Shown: piece after piece, positions 12,591-26,455 of the stretch
How the letters are laid out: each line of letters begins with the position of its first letter
Position numbering within the stretch: the first letter of the stretch is position 1
Translations under genes and position numbers: made by a program
Notes under the pieces: model-generated
The model's input: only the letters and a program-made list of their open reading frames with translations
What the model was told of the DNA's origin: nothing
Database searches by the model: none
NCBI GenBank assembly: GCA_951406725.2
Contig: OX597818.1
Location: 96,658,001 to 96,722,000, forward strand
DNA length: 64,000 nucleotides
From: Octopus vulgaris
Taxonomy: Eukaryota
Direction: 5' to 3'

Positions 12591-13376
12591 GTGATAACAA
12601 AAGAATGAGACCTCGATATTAGGTAAATAGAGGATATGTATATATGTATAGTTTAGGATAATGAGTAAGTTGTCATAATATATATATATATATTTATATT
12701 ATATTATATTTTATATTTTTTGTATGTGTATATGTGCGTTTATACATGTATTGAACCATCAACACTCAACCCTTTAGTTAATCAAACCATATTATCACTA
12801 CTTAATTTGCAACCTAGTCAGCATCTTACAAGTGGCACACTGTGCACCGGTACAGGTTATGCTTTCAATGTGAAGAGAATGAGTTTTGTCCAGCACAAGC
12901 AAATTCCACTTTAAATCAACTCATAGTACAGGTCATTCTTGCCTAAGCTTTACACGTGTGATGGTAAGAAGTAGATGGTCGTTCTGTGAAACTCGTGAGC
13001 AATTTCACAGTCCGTGTTCTCTTCTTAGCTACGATGCAGCCTATTTAGGATGGTACTACTTTCCCTTGTGTGGGGAGAAGGCTAGAAAACGTGCTCTAAA
13101 AATTGCTCACTCACACAATTCTGTCATTATACTGTGAATGACTGGACTTTCAACTATGCAATCGAAAAAATATAAAGAAGACAAAGGGAAAAGGGTAGAG
13201 AAACAGATATGAGTATGGCAGCTTTGAATATATGCATACTTCAGGGCAACAAGAAGCATCCTGAATGCAAAACAGCACTTATAGCTCGGTTTCTGAGAAG
13301 TAAAAATATTAGTATTGCTTACATTATTTACATTATTTACAATTGACGGATATTTGTCCTCATCTTGTTGGTTGTT

Positions 13377-13422
13377 ACCACAACGTTTCGGCTGATATAC
13401 CCTCCAGCCTTCATCAGGTGTC
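13377..13422 (-). ncRNA. minimal type I hammerhead motif in a short repeat (~13319-13472) with a (TGTAAATAA)n tail
   Basis: Minus strand: GACAC CTGATGA A GGCTG GAGGGTATAT CAGCC GAAA CGT T GTG. Stem II is 5 bp, stem III is the palindrome ACGT, stem I is short. Confidence 0.7.
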
Positions 13423-13474
13423 TTGGGGAAATTTCGAACCTGGGTTTTCATTCCTAAAGTATTTTTCGATGTAG

Positions 13475-13740
13475 CAGACATCAAAATAAAGCTAAAGATC
13501 AATGCACAAAATATCTATATTGACTTATTGAGAAATTTACAGATACTTCATCCGATCTACAAGTTTAGATTTAAGCTCATAATTATTGGAGCATTTGGTT
13601 ATTTAACAGACTGTCTCAGCACCAATTTTCTGAAATTAGAAATCTCAAAATTACAAAGGAGAAAGGTAATTAGAAGACTACATCAAATGGAGCTGTCAAA
13701 ATTTGTAGAAACTTTCCAGGAGTTTAACTTTGAAGTACCT
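13475..13740 (+). mobile_element. 3' fragment of an RLE-type non-LTR retrotransposon (second family)
   Basis: The translation IYIDLLRNLQILHPIYKFRFKLIIIGAFG resembles an RLE C-terminus and the fragment at 22060-22600. Confidence 0.55.
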
Positions 13741-14689
13741 ATGCACGTGTATAGGCATGCAAGTATATGCATGAGCATATATAAATAAAACATGCAGAGG
13801 TTCACATGTACTGATGCCAAAAGGTTGCACGTATACGTGCATGCATGCATGTACAAGTGCCGTGCTGATGTTGATGAAATTCCCAGAAAGGTGAGTGGGA
13901 TCTAGGTTAGAGACCAGCTCTTTTACCATTGGTGAGAAATCTAGAAAAAAAAGCAATTCTGCATACATATCTACCTATGTACCTACATACATATATATAC
14001 AGAGAAATATGCATACATATACACACACAAACATATATTCATACCTGTGTGTGTATATATATATATATATGCCGGCATGTGTACATCTATTGTTTTTTCA
14101 TCGTATTTGTCTTTTGTTTTGCATTTTATAATTTCTAAGCTGCATCCAAGATAATTTCTAGAATTTTCTTTCCTTCTGTATCTCCATCAATTATTTTCTT
14201 TACATTTTGGATACCATCTTAATGCCATAATTTCATGAAATACTGTAATTTCGTTCAACACACATGGCTCACCACCATATTTTACATCCGTACGTACACA
14301 CACGCTCAAGGTGCTGCATACATACGTACATACATACATACAAATCAAAACTACTTAATTCCTAATTCTTCTTTTCCATTGAAAGAATTCCTCGGCCAAA
14401 TGTCTGAAAAATTTCAAGCTCATTTCAACTTTACTAAATCTAATAACGATAATTGGTTATCTTTCATTCTCTTGGCCTCACTTCTAATTTGTTTTCTTCG
14501 AGGCTTTCTTTTTACTTTTAGTTTTTTCTCCCCTTCTGTTCTTCGATTAGTCTCTCCTTCAACTTGACTATTGTTCGCCAGTTAATTCAAACGGCTACTT
14601 TTTGGTCATTTTATTTATATTTATTTTAACTTTCTTTGAAGATTTTCTTCGGCCTCAGTTTCAGTTTCTTTTTACGTCTGTTTCTCGCG

Positions 14690-15484
14690 CAAATACACAC
14701 ATTCAAAAGTACACACACACACGCACACACACACACATACACACAGGCATATACACACATATACACACACATACAAGTAACCACATTTCTTCTACCTCAT
14801 CATTCTCTTCCTCTTTCTTTCTTTCTCTCTCTCACACACACACATGCAGACACTGACACACTTACAAACACAGACACACACATATACACACATACTTCTC
14901 TCACTCTTCCTCTTCTTTCACCTTCTCTCTTCTAGTAAGCACACAAATGCATAAATACATAACATACACAATATTATGCCCTCTCTTCTCTCTCTCTCTC
15001 TATCTCTCTCTCTCTCTCTCTCTTTTTCTCTTTCTCTCTCGTTTTGATTCTCAACATTTTCTTTTCTGCAATTTTGCTTTCTTTTTCTTTTACTCTTTCT
15101 TTTATATCCAATATTACCGTTCCAATCATCATATTAGAAATTCCATTTTTACTCCATTGGCGCCCATTCTCTCTACTTCATTATCATCTTTCCCCATCTC
15201 ACTCTCTTCCAATCTCTACCTCTCTCCCTCCCTTCCACCCTTCCTCTCAATCCCCACCATTGTCTTCCTTTCACCATCGTATCTATTGTTCACCCTACCC
15301 TGAAGTTTCTTTTCTACATTTTCGGATATCCCTACTCCGTTCCCACCCCTCCAAATTATCCTTCAATTATGATTTCAGACAGAAAGATTGATTCATAAAC
15401 CGACCAAATAATGAAAATATCCGGGTGTACTTGTACTCACTCTCATTTTCTTTCTCTCCTTCTCCCCTCTCTCTGAATACATAC

Positions 15485-15515
<31 letters not shown>

Positions 15516-15518
15516 CAT

Positions 15519-15577
<59 letters not shown>

Positions 15578-15675
15578 TATATATACACACACATATATAT
15601 ATATCTGAGTGTACTTGTACTCACTCTCTTTCTCTCTCCTTCTCTCTCCTCTCTGTATATATATATATAAGATCA

Positions 15676-15712
<37 letters not shown>

Positions 15713-15788
15713 GTATACATATGTATATGTGAATATGTATATATATATATATGTGTATATATGTATATTATGTAGGTATATATATATG

Positions 15789-15825
<37 letters not shown>

Positions 15826-15955
15826 GTAAATTTATCTATCCCCCTCTCTCTCTCTCTCTCTCTTTCTCTCTCTGTCATAATATAGATCTACATCTTTGTA
15901 TATATATGATAAACAATAAACAGACCGCCAATAGATAGATAGATATATAGGTAGG

Positions 15956-16016
<61 letters not shown>

Positions 16017-16030
16017 GGATAGATAGATTA
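14690..16030. repeat. compound CA/CT/CATA/TA/GATA microsatellite region
   Basis: Directly visible. Confidence 0.9.
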
Positions 16031-16210
16031 TCAACTTAGGTGTGTGTATGTCCACATAAATGCGTTAATATGTTGAAAGCCATGTCGTTAGTAGTGTATT
16101 CTCAGTGAATTAAATCAGCGACCATAGTTTCTTTTCCAGCTATAGTCTATTCCAAACTTGATTTAGGTGTGAAATTCTGTCTTTACCTATTCCTCTCATC
16201 GAAACCAACC

Positions 16211-16790
16211 TTTTCTCGGACAAGTCATCCTTTACCTTATTTCGAACCACCGGCCGAGTGGAGGCAGCCAAAAGAAGCATTTGACCCAGACTTCTTTCTT
16301 CCAACTGTTAAACATGGAGGAGATCTGTGATTATCAGCTGGGGTTATATCTTGGAAATCCGCCGGCCCAATGGCTTCCCTTCATTACATAATTAATAGTC
16401 AAGACTAAGCATTTTATCTGATCAAATTCTTCCTGTGGTTGCGAAACTATTTCCGGAGGGAAACGCAATCTTTCAAGATGATAATGCACAAGTTCACATA
16501 GCTAAAGTCGTTACTGAATGGCACGAGGAACATTCAAGCGAAGTTGAACATCTTATCTGGCCGCCACAGTCCCCAGATCTCAATATTATTGAACATCTAT
16601 GGTGCATTTTAGAAAAACAAGTAAGGGGGCTCGATATCCTCCACCATCATCACTACAAGAACTGGAGACTGTTTTAGCTGAAGAGCGGACAAAAATTTTT
16701 TGGAAACAATTAAAACTCTGTACGAGTCCATACCTCGTAGAATTCAAGCTGTTATTGCTGCCAAAGGCGGTGCTACCCCATATTAAAATA
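16211..16790 (+). mobile_element. Tc1-family transposase fragment (3' half, decayed)
   Basis: Motifs [24 protein letters not shown] and the C-terminal [18 protein letters not shown]. Confidence 0.9.
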
Positions 16791-16800
16791 AAAATGCTTG

Positions 16801-17160
<360 letters not shown>

Positions 17161-17161
17161 A

Positions 17162-17598
<437 letters not shown>

Positions 17599-17615
17599 CT
17601 TTACTATGTCTCCTG

Positions 17616-17648
17616 TTTCCTAAGAAGAGCCTTGCTCGAAACGTAAAG
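17616..17648 (+). ncRNA. degenerate hammerhead motif in a Penelope-like terminal-repeat fragment (~17600-17760)
   Basis: CCTAAGAA GAGC CTT GCTC GAAA CGT A AAG. Stem II, GAAA and the ACGT palindrome are intact; the CUGA part is damaged. Confidence 0.45.
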
Positions 17649-19196
17649 CAACCACACTTTCCTTCTCGGAGCGTTCTTAATACTTTGTATTACCACGTTC
17701 TCGCGACACTGTTTGTTTTTTTGTCTTGCTGTCTTCTTTACTCCGTCTTTATTAATTATGTGTATATACATATTCGAAAATTTTTTGCAAAAATAATTAA
17801 CGATATCACAATATTCAAAGAAATTCTCTTTCGAGTTTCTGACTATTTCAAAAATATATTTAAAATCATTACTTAGAAAAACAGAATGTCAACAATGTTT
17901 TTGAAAAGGCATTTTGGTATTGTATGCATTTCATGTGTGAACACTGTCTCTCAAAATACACACCATATGAAAACTTGCTTTCCAAAAACAGTTATGATAT
18001 TTTTTTTTTTAAATAATTTTTGTAAATAGTTAATAACTTTTAAAGAAATCTTTCTTTGAATATATAAATTCTTTTATTCTTTTATTTGTTTCAGTAGAGT
18101 TGCTGGAAAATGCATCATTATGAAACTACAATACGTACCGGAAACATAAATTGACTAATTAATCTATTTGATCATTAATGGTGAAACTCATAGGTATAGA
18201 GTTAACTGAGACTTTTTATTCATTCAAGTATCCTGCTCGCTTACAAGCAACGTGCAATAAGTAAGAATGTTTTTTCGTGGTTTGCGTTTTGATTGCCCTT
18301 TCTAGCCATGATCATTCCGTGTATTAATTATTATACACTAACACAATTTTTAATCTTCGGATTTTTTAAATATGCTAAGCCACTGGTTTTAACTGATTAA
18401 TATCAATTTCTACCCTTATTATTTAATTTCAAATAAAAAAAGTTCTCTAACTGGTAAATTGGCTGCTAAAATTTATTAACTGCAGAGTAATTTCCGACCT
18501 CAGTGCGCCTAAGTAGAGACATTTGGAAAAATACACCCAAATATAAATTGTAGAACTTTATACATAATCGATTTCGGTTGAGCTGTCTGTATCTAGTTCT
18601 GGAAATTGTGTTTTGTAAGCGACAGACTACGCTGACGATATTGCAGATATCTGCGTGTGTGCATACGTAGATATTAACAAGTGAAACCATTGGTAGGTAA
18701 TGTTTGTTTTTATTTCGAATGTGTTCATTTGTCTTGCTCATTTTTATATTTTGGCGTTTTGCTGAGATTTTTCTTGAGACCACATTCTTCGTGGTAATGG
18801 CGATTTGATGTCTATGTTTAGCATATTAGGTGTCCACTTAAGTGGTCATTCCTCTTAATTGTATACATACATATATAGATATATAATTATATAAATATAA
18901 TTATAATTAAGGGTACTGTAGAGATACTACCATGCCAGAAATAGTAGTCAAAACTGACTCTAAAACCACATCATGCATTCATATATCACAGATAAAAAGA
19001 TAAATGAACAAAGAAATTAGCAAAAGATTAATGGTTAATCCCAGATCGACGATTTCTGAATTAGTAATAAAATATTTTGCCCTCGTTAGTGGAAATATAC
19101 CGAAATTAATACTTAATTACAAATACATATATATACAACATATGAGCTCGTATGTTGTATATACATATCCTTAATAATATTAATAATATACTTGTA

Positions 19197-19252
<56 letters not shown>

Positions 19253-19253
19253 C

Positions 19254-19301
19254 GTCTCCGATGAAGGGATATAATAGATATCCTAGAAACAGCTCTAAGA
19301 C
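19254..19301 (+). ncRNA. hammerhead-like motif with U4C
   Basis: GTCT CCGATGA AG GGATAT AATAG ATATCC TA GAAA CAGCTCT A AGAC. Stem I is 4 bp, stem II is 6 bp, stem III is one base off the palindrome ACAGCTGT. Confidence 0.55.
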
Positions 19302-19382
19302 CTTCTATTTATAAATGTTCTTGGGTTTTTTTATCTCATTACAAAAAAATTTATATATATATATATGTGTGTGTGTGTGTAA

Positions 19383-19449
<67 letters not shown>

Positions 19450-19924
19450 ATATATATATATATATGTATTTATATATTGCTGATATAGATATCTGGTTAA
19501 GTACACAACACGAAAGCTATTTAAGTAATTTGTTATTTATTAAGTTACTTGTACTTCTTAATGACTTGTCGAATTAGTTCGGTTAGAAAATGTGTAAATG
19601 GTTCTCGTCTAAGTGTTGCGAAGTATTAGCTAAGCTTTAAGTAACATATATCAACGAAAACGTATCCATAAAAATACCGCATCATACTTGTACAAAGAAC
19701 CGAGAAATTCTTAATGAATTTCTGGGTGTATACTTGGCAATTAAAGTACATATGTTCTCAAATATAGAAAGTATGTCTTCTTATGCGTGTCCATATCAGC
19801 AGAAAAGTATTTTAGAAAATTATAAAAAATATTTTCCTGTTTAGACTTCATGGATTTATGTGTTCTGTGGTGTGTTATTTAATATATATGAATGTGGGTA
19901 TATATATATATCTTTATATCTATC

Positions 19925-19929
<5 letters not shown>

Positions 19930-20012
<83 letters not shown>
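19930..20012. repeat. (TG)n microsatellite
   Basis: Directly visible. Confidence 0.98.
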
Positions 20013-20013
<1 letters not shown>

Positions 20014-20334
20014 TACACAAATACAAATACAAAGATGAGGTTAAAAACAACGTATATACGCACATATACATATACTCGCATATATATGCGTGCATGTGTA
20101 TGTTTGTGTGCACGTTTGCGTTTGTACGTGTTTATATGCACGCCCGCGCGTGTGTGCGTGTGTGTTACTGATCTCACGCTAATTAGGATAATTTAATATC
20201 CGTAATTTTAAAAGTTAGAAGATAAGGTGAGAAAATTTGGAAATCTTCAAAACATGAAACATACGTCGGACGATTCTCCAGTTCTGAACTACCAAAGTAG
20301 CTGTGATTTATTTCTTACGTAATGCTGTGTTCCC

Positions 20335-20407
20335 GGGGAATTAGCTCAAATGGTAGAGCGCTCGCTTAGCATGCGAGAAGTACAGGGATCAATACCCAGA
20401 TTCTCCA
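20335..20407 (+). tRNA. tRNA-Ala(AGC): tRNA-Ala (anticodon AGC), possibly a variant or pseudogene
   Basis: GGGGAATTAGCTCAAATGGTAGAGCGCTCGCTTAGCATGCGAGAAGTACAGGGATCAATACCCAGATTCTCCA, 73 nt. It has G3.U70, anticodon stem CTCGC/GCGAG, A73 and a T6 terminator just downstream. One A-A mismatch in the T stem. Confidence 0.85.
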
Positions 20408-20792
20408 ATTTTTTAATTATATTATGCTATATATTTTCCAAGGTGCTGCCCCATTACAACTGCATCCCAGTGTCATAAGTAAAAGCTTGACAGGCACTAA
20501 ATATATGTTTGATAAACATATTTTATTTGGTTTACTGTACATATTTAATCAAAGCAATATCTTACTTCTTTACTAATTAATACCCTCTGCAAGCAGTTAT
20601 TACTATGCCAATAGAGTTGCACAAGTAATAGCTTGCTGTGTTTTTCAGATTTTATTTCTTTAACTTCGATAGCTGGAACTTTAGATAAAAGGAGATAAAT
20701 TGTAGTTCGAAGAACCACAAGATTGCTTCAATGATAAACGCATCTCTTTGTGTGCGTATGTGAATGTGTGCGTGCATGTGTGTGTGTGTGTT

Positions 20793-21178
20793 TGGCTAAG
20801 GAGCTTGCTGCAAAACTATGCGGCACTTTGAGTTCAATCCCACTGTGCGGCACTTTGGGCAAGTATTTTCTACTATAGCCCCAAGCCAACCAAGGCTTTA
20901 TGGATGGATTTGATAGACGAAAACTGAAAAAATCCCGTCGCATGTGCGCGCGAGCGCGTGTGTCTCTTTGTGTTTGTGTTACACTTGTGTCCCACCAACG
21001 CTTGATAATCGGTGTTGGTCTGTTTATTACTCCGTAATGTAGCAGTTCGGCAAAAGACCCCGATAGAATAAGAGCCAAACTTTAAAAATAAGCACTGGGA
21101 TCGATATGTTCGACTGTACATTTCAAGACGGTGCTCCAGCATGGTCGCAGTCAAATGACTGAAACGAGTAAAGATAAA
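20793..21178 (+). mobile_element. tRNA-derived SINE, family A
   Basis: Shares GGCACTTTGGGCAAGT..TTCTACTATAGCC, CGATAGAATAAG and the 3' GGTGCTCCAGCATGG.CGCAGTCAAATGACTGAAAC with other copies. Confidence 0.8.
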
Positions 21179-21587
21179 CAAAGGTGAAGGAGATGTTTGT
21201 GTGTGTGACTTTACTTTCTTTTTAATTATTAGAAGCCTTCCTACCTGAAAGAAGCTGATTTCCAACAAAGAAACGAAAGCTTCATCATTGAATTTGGATG
21301 ACAACAGCAACTGTTACATGTTGAACTTTAGGAAAATCTTGCGTACTTTTATTATTCTTCTTACAGATTGTATCTAAAAGGTTCCTCTTGGTCGAACTCT
21401 TTGCTTCAAAATCCTAGCTTTTCCACAATGTCACTTAGAAATTTATTAAAATCGCCAGCTGCGCTAATTTTCATTGATATAAATGCGAATATATAATCGA
21501 AGTAAAGAAGCTGCAGGCTCTGGCGCAATTGTCTATATTCTCCTTTTCGCTGATTTTGAAAAAGATGTTCACATGCATGTATGTATG

Positions 21588-21618
<31 letters not shown>

Positions 21619-22059
21619 ATATGTATGTATGTCATTATTCAGTTTATTTCAAGATTTCTTGCCAACAGAGAAAGAACGCAAAATACACCGCCGATAGTTG
21701 TTGTTGACAAACAACGGCAGTAATTTTATTCAGCTGAATATTGATTGGCTGAAATTACCGAAATACGAGAACTTCAACACGAAATAACTTTATAAACATA
21801 AACTTTTCTCAAAAACGCTAAGAGTAAAAGGTGTTTTATATGACACATTCTACCAGTATACGAAGTTTGAAAGTGTTTAGTTACAAAAAATTATTTTTTA
21901 AATCTGTAGGTCAAAAGGTAAAGATCCCGAAAACAATATCACTTTTTAAACCTGAGAAAAGTCTTGCAAATTTTTACTGTTCCACTTACAAATTGTATAT
22001 ATAATGTGCGAGCTGGTTGATTTCTTTTTCTGATAGTCCAAGCTTATATAGACTGTCGA

Positions 22060-22600
22060 TTAGACATTTACTCACAAAAACGAAGGGCACCAATTATTAT
22101 TAGTATAAATACAAATTTGTAATCAGGATATAGAGACTGGAGGTTTCGTGGCAGTTGTCCATAGCTTTCCTCTTTCACTTTGATTTTCAAAGAGATAGTC
22201 ACATGAGCAGGACAGCTGATCTCTATGATGATACATACATTTTTTGTCTCCAACAACAATATCCGGCTGTCATGCTTTACACTTGACAGATGCTTTGGTG
22301 AGAATCTTCCACCAGTATTCCTTGCGTTGATGTTTTGTGTGCGTATTCAATAACGAGGATTCTCTATATTTATTCCAGGCCGGGTTTTCTTCCGGATGGC
22401 ATTGTATATTGTTTTTACAACGTCATCGTTTCGCATATGGGGGGTAGGTAGTACCTTGGTGACATTTTGGGGAAGCTGCTAATCCCTTGTGATGTCTTCC
22501 TCAGAAATATCATATAATCTTTATTTCTGGTAATATCCAAGGGTTTCACTGTCTCTTTTGTTGGTTAAATATTTAGTAGGAATCTCCTGTTCTTGGATTG
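22060..22600 (-). mobile_element. decayed RLE-domain 3' fragment of a non-LTR retrotransposon
   Basis: Frameshifted PDIVV...VCIIIEISCPAHVTISLKIKVKEESYGQLPRNLQSLYPDYKFVFILIIIGAL, a PD-(D/E)xK-type endonuclease end. Confidence 0.65.
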
Positions 22601-23479
22601 CAAATATATAGCTATGCATGCATGTATGTATGTATGTATATATGTATGTATGCATGCATGCATACGTGTACTTATATTTTGAGAAAGAATCAACGAAGTT
22701 TTTATTATACCGTAGCTAATAAGATACAAATAAATTAAAATCGTAGTATTTCATTTATTTAACATGTATGTTTCCACTATATCTTTCCACCCTAAAATGA
22801 TTGTAGGAGAAGGAATATAGAATTGTTACCAAGTGTTAAGTTTTCAATGACTATTTAATTTAGTCTTGTTTATCCCGCCTTGAGCCCATGATCAAAGTCG
22901 TTCCAGTTTTTTTTCTTTTGTTTTCAGGGTTCTAGTGTGTTCATTTTTTTAAAGACTTACAACATATAATTTGAGGGAGATTCTGCTACTGTTTCTCTCC
23001 CATGGGTTATTTCGTTGTAATAAATCAATTAACAAGAAATAATGATGGTTGTAAACGCAGATAATATTTCAGAACCTATTCACAATAATTAACGGGTAAT
23101 TAGAGAAATTGGCCAATTAATTATCATGCCATAATAGAAACCAATTGATTATTAGTCGAGGAAAATACATTGTCTACAAATAGAGAATATTCTTTTTGTG
23201 TTCACAAGGTTAATTCTTTATTTAATCAATAATTGAGATTCTTAAAATTCCTAAAACTTTTCAGAATAATTTTAAAAGTACATAATAGAACAAAGGATTA
23301 TTTAATGAAATGTCGTATTAAAATGCTATGAGAGTAATATTTTATTTTTACTGTACTGAAAATTCGTCCTTGAGGAAGATTTCAATGTCACACTAACTCA
23401 TTTGCTTCCTTTATTCATACTAATTTGCTCCTATGGAAGAAATTAATTTTACAAATAACACTTTCCTATTTTAGACAGA

Positions 23480-23865
23480 AGGCCGGCAATTTTGAGGAGA
23501 GGAGAAAGTCGATTACATCAACACCCCGAAAAGATGAAGGCAAAGTCTTGCTTGGCGGCACTTAAACTCAAACATAAAGTCAGGAGAAATGCTGAGAAGC
23601 CCAGCGCACTAACAATTCTGCCAGCTTGGCTCCTTATTAATTTTACTAATAATTTTTCCAGTTTTAGGAGAGTGGTAAGTCGATTACATCGACACCAGTG
23701 TTCAACTGGTAGTTATTCTATTATTTCCGAAAGGATGAAATGCAAAGTCTAGCTTAGTGACACTTGAACTCAAAACGAAAAACCAGGAGAGATGCTGATA
23801 AGCCTTTTATCCAACGCGCAAACGATTCTGCCAGCTTGCCTCCTTATTAATTTTACTAATAATTA
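23480..23865 (-). mobile_element. two tandem decayed SINE family C copies, each with the same flank
   Basis: Both units end CTGCCAGCTTG.CTCCTTATTAATTTTACTAATAATT (about 23618-23655 and 23828-23864). Confidence 0.65.
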
Positions 23866-24430
23866 CATGAATTAAGTATCTGAACTCTAGCTTGATTATT
23901 AGGTTTCATTTGGATGTCGTCTTTGAATTATTTATCCTCTAAACAAATACTTTCATACACCAACCAATGTACAATCGTGTTCATTTACTCAATGATTCTC
24001 TCATCACTACTTCGGTAAGAGTTACTAATTTCATGTTTCAGTGTTAAAATTTTAAAAAGGACGATCTAAATTTGTCCGGGGTTCTTTCTGGGTGTTGCAT
24101 CGATAAGAACATGGAAGTAGGGGAAGCGACTCAAGTGTTAGTTGCCCGGTTAGCTATGTAACTCTCCTGCATAGAAAAGGTATAAAAGGTGCTTGGATCT
24201 GATAGAGGAGGCTATCTTGAAGCGAGAATAAGGAGAAACAAGAGTTACGTTGACGCTCCAGTATACAGACATTGCATTTAAACCTATTGACGAATGCTTG
24301 CCAAAAGAATGTAAATATTATTTTTGTTTTGGACAAAAATTGCATCTTTTTTTCCTGACCGCTTAAATATTTGTAGTTAGGTTTTTAACGCCCCATGCAT
24401 AAAACCTGTCAATGTTATAGTCAGCTATGA

Positions 24431-24632
24431 AGGTGGTGAGCTGAAAGAATCGTCAACATAGCGGACAAAATGCTTAACGGCATTACGTTTGTCTTTACGT
24501 TCTGAGTACAAATTCCACCGAGTTCGATTTTCACTGTCGATAAAATAAGTATCACTTGAGCACAGACGTCGATGTAATCGACTTACGCACGCCCTCGAAA
24601 CCGCTGGCCTTGTGCCAAAATTTGAAACCAAT
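24431..24632 (+). mobile_element. SINE family C
   Basis: GGTGAGCTG..AGAATCGT...GTTCTGAGT.CAAATTCC.CCGAG.TCGA...GTCGATGTAATCGAC...GGCCTTGTGCC, also seen at 31555-31757, 32878-33090, 34250-34428 and 39430-39640. Confidence 0.75.
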
Positions 24633-25249
24633 ATTATAGTTAGCTATTACTAATAGCTCAGATTCATTTCTCTTCTCATTTCAAATACCGTTCGAGTTGA
24701 CTTTAACTTTACTCCTTCCAAATTTACAAAAACAAATAGTAGAAATGTACCGCAATCTTTAAATTAACTATACAGCTCTCTAAAATTCTTAATGGGCTTG
24801 TGTCAAAGCAAAATTTACTATTTCATAAGGTGATGAATTGTCAGAAATGTCAGGACTCTTTTGACTTCAAATATAATTCTGACCAAGGTCGATTTAGTCA
24901 TCTGGTATGTACATTTAAGGTTTAATCAGGAGAGAGGACCAGTTCTTTGACTTTCGAGTTTTCCTTTGCTGATGAGACATATATTGTTCGTGTTTAATTT
25001 TAACATCTGTAAATGGATGTCAGAAGGAAATAAATACGTTGTCGTGTTGCGACTTTTCAGAGGACTAATGTTTTCGGTAAGACGAATTGGTTATAAGACT
25101 TGAGCAATGCCTAAAAGCACGCAAGGCTCTATTGGTGACGAGAGCAAGAGAGTTCTTTGTTTTAGGTAGGCCTGATAGGTTAGCAGTAAAGACTACTGCA
25201 GTAGAATAGATAGATATAATTTGTGGACTTGGGATGTAGAATGTATATT

Positions 25250-25790
25250 GACAAAATGAGAATTGAAGCAACCCGGCGATCGATCACAAAGAATAATATG
25301 GCAAGCCTTGAGTATTGAGATCACCTCACAAAGCTCAAACACTGCAGCGGGCGCTAAGTTCATCTTTATAATGTCGAAAATATAGTCGAAATGCTGTCTA
25401 ACTATGCCGATATCAAGTTCACAAGTCACCCAATGATTATCTCCCGTACCAGACACTCTCTACAAAAATCCAACTCCCATCACATGACAACATGACACAA
25501 CTATTTTAACTCAACTGATCCTGCCTTATTCAACATTATTCCAAAAGAAATCAAGGAATATAAAAAGCCCATAACATTCAAACGGTACCTAGACAAATTC
25601 CCCCAAGAAACATCAGACAAACCACCGTCACCCGGATACATTTCGGCAAACTACTTCCTTTTTGAATGGGCTACAATGTCCTAAAACATGATTTAAAAGA
25701 CTACCTTGGGTGGCGCTACTAAGACATGCCCTGGGACAATAATGGCCCAAATCTATCTACATTACCTAAGTTATCTAAGTTAAGATAAAA
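25250..25790 (+). mobile_element. old 3' fragment of the same CR1 group as 47015-51670
   Basis: The decayed translation IEATRRSITK...LEY*DHLTKLK aligns with VEAPQRAITKK...LDYWGRLEKLK, and PDKPPTPGY has a counterpart here. The 3' UTR GGACAATAATGGCCCAAATCTATC resembles GGCCAATAATGGCCGAAACCTATC, and a short repeated tail follows. Confidence 0.75.
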
Positions 25791-26377
25791 TAAATAAATA
25801 TCAGGCATATATTGGGGGTCGATTATATTAAGTGTAACTTTTTCATAAAGCATTGTAACTTGATACTAATATAAGAAATCCTTATTTCTAATAAATTAAA
25901 ATAAAGCAGATTTGAACCAAACATCATAGATTGTACTGTTGGATTACAATCTATTGTCAATAGAATAAAGTATTAGAAGCATCTAAAAACGAGGACTTTG
26001 AAAATGTTAAATATGTCCTTTCTCTAGCTTTTCCACAATACAGCTTTTAAATCGATATTTATTCAATAGAAAGAAATTATGCTCTCAATTCGATAAATGT
26101 GAAACTCTGAACAAAATTTACGACAAAGTCAAAGTGTTCGAAAGGAAAGGTCGATGAATTTAATATTTTATCGACATTTATAATCTGATTGTGGGTGGTT
26201 TTTAGAAACTATTCCGATGGAAACGAGAAAAATGCTATTCCATAAGAATTAGAAATAGTGTTTCTTCTAACGTAACCTATAAAAATTACAATTGATCCTC
26301 TCAAAGCAGGAATAGAATTACACATGAAGAGGCAGGTGATTTGGAGGAAATGGAATTGCTGGTTGAGTCATGATGAA

Positions 26378-26455
<78 letters not shown>

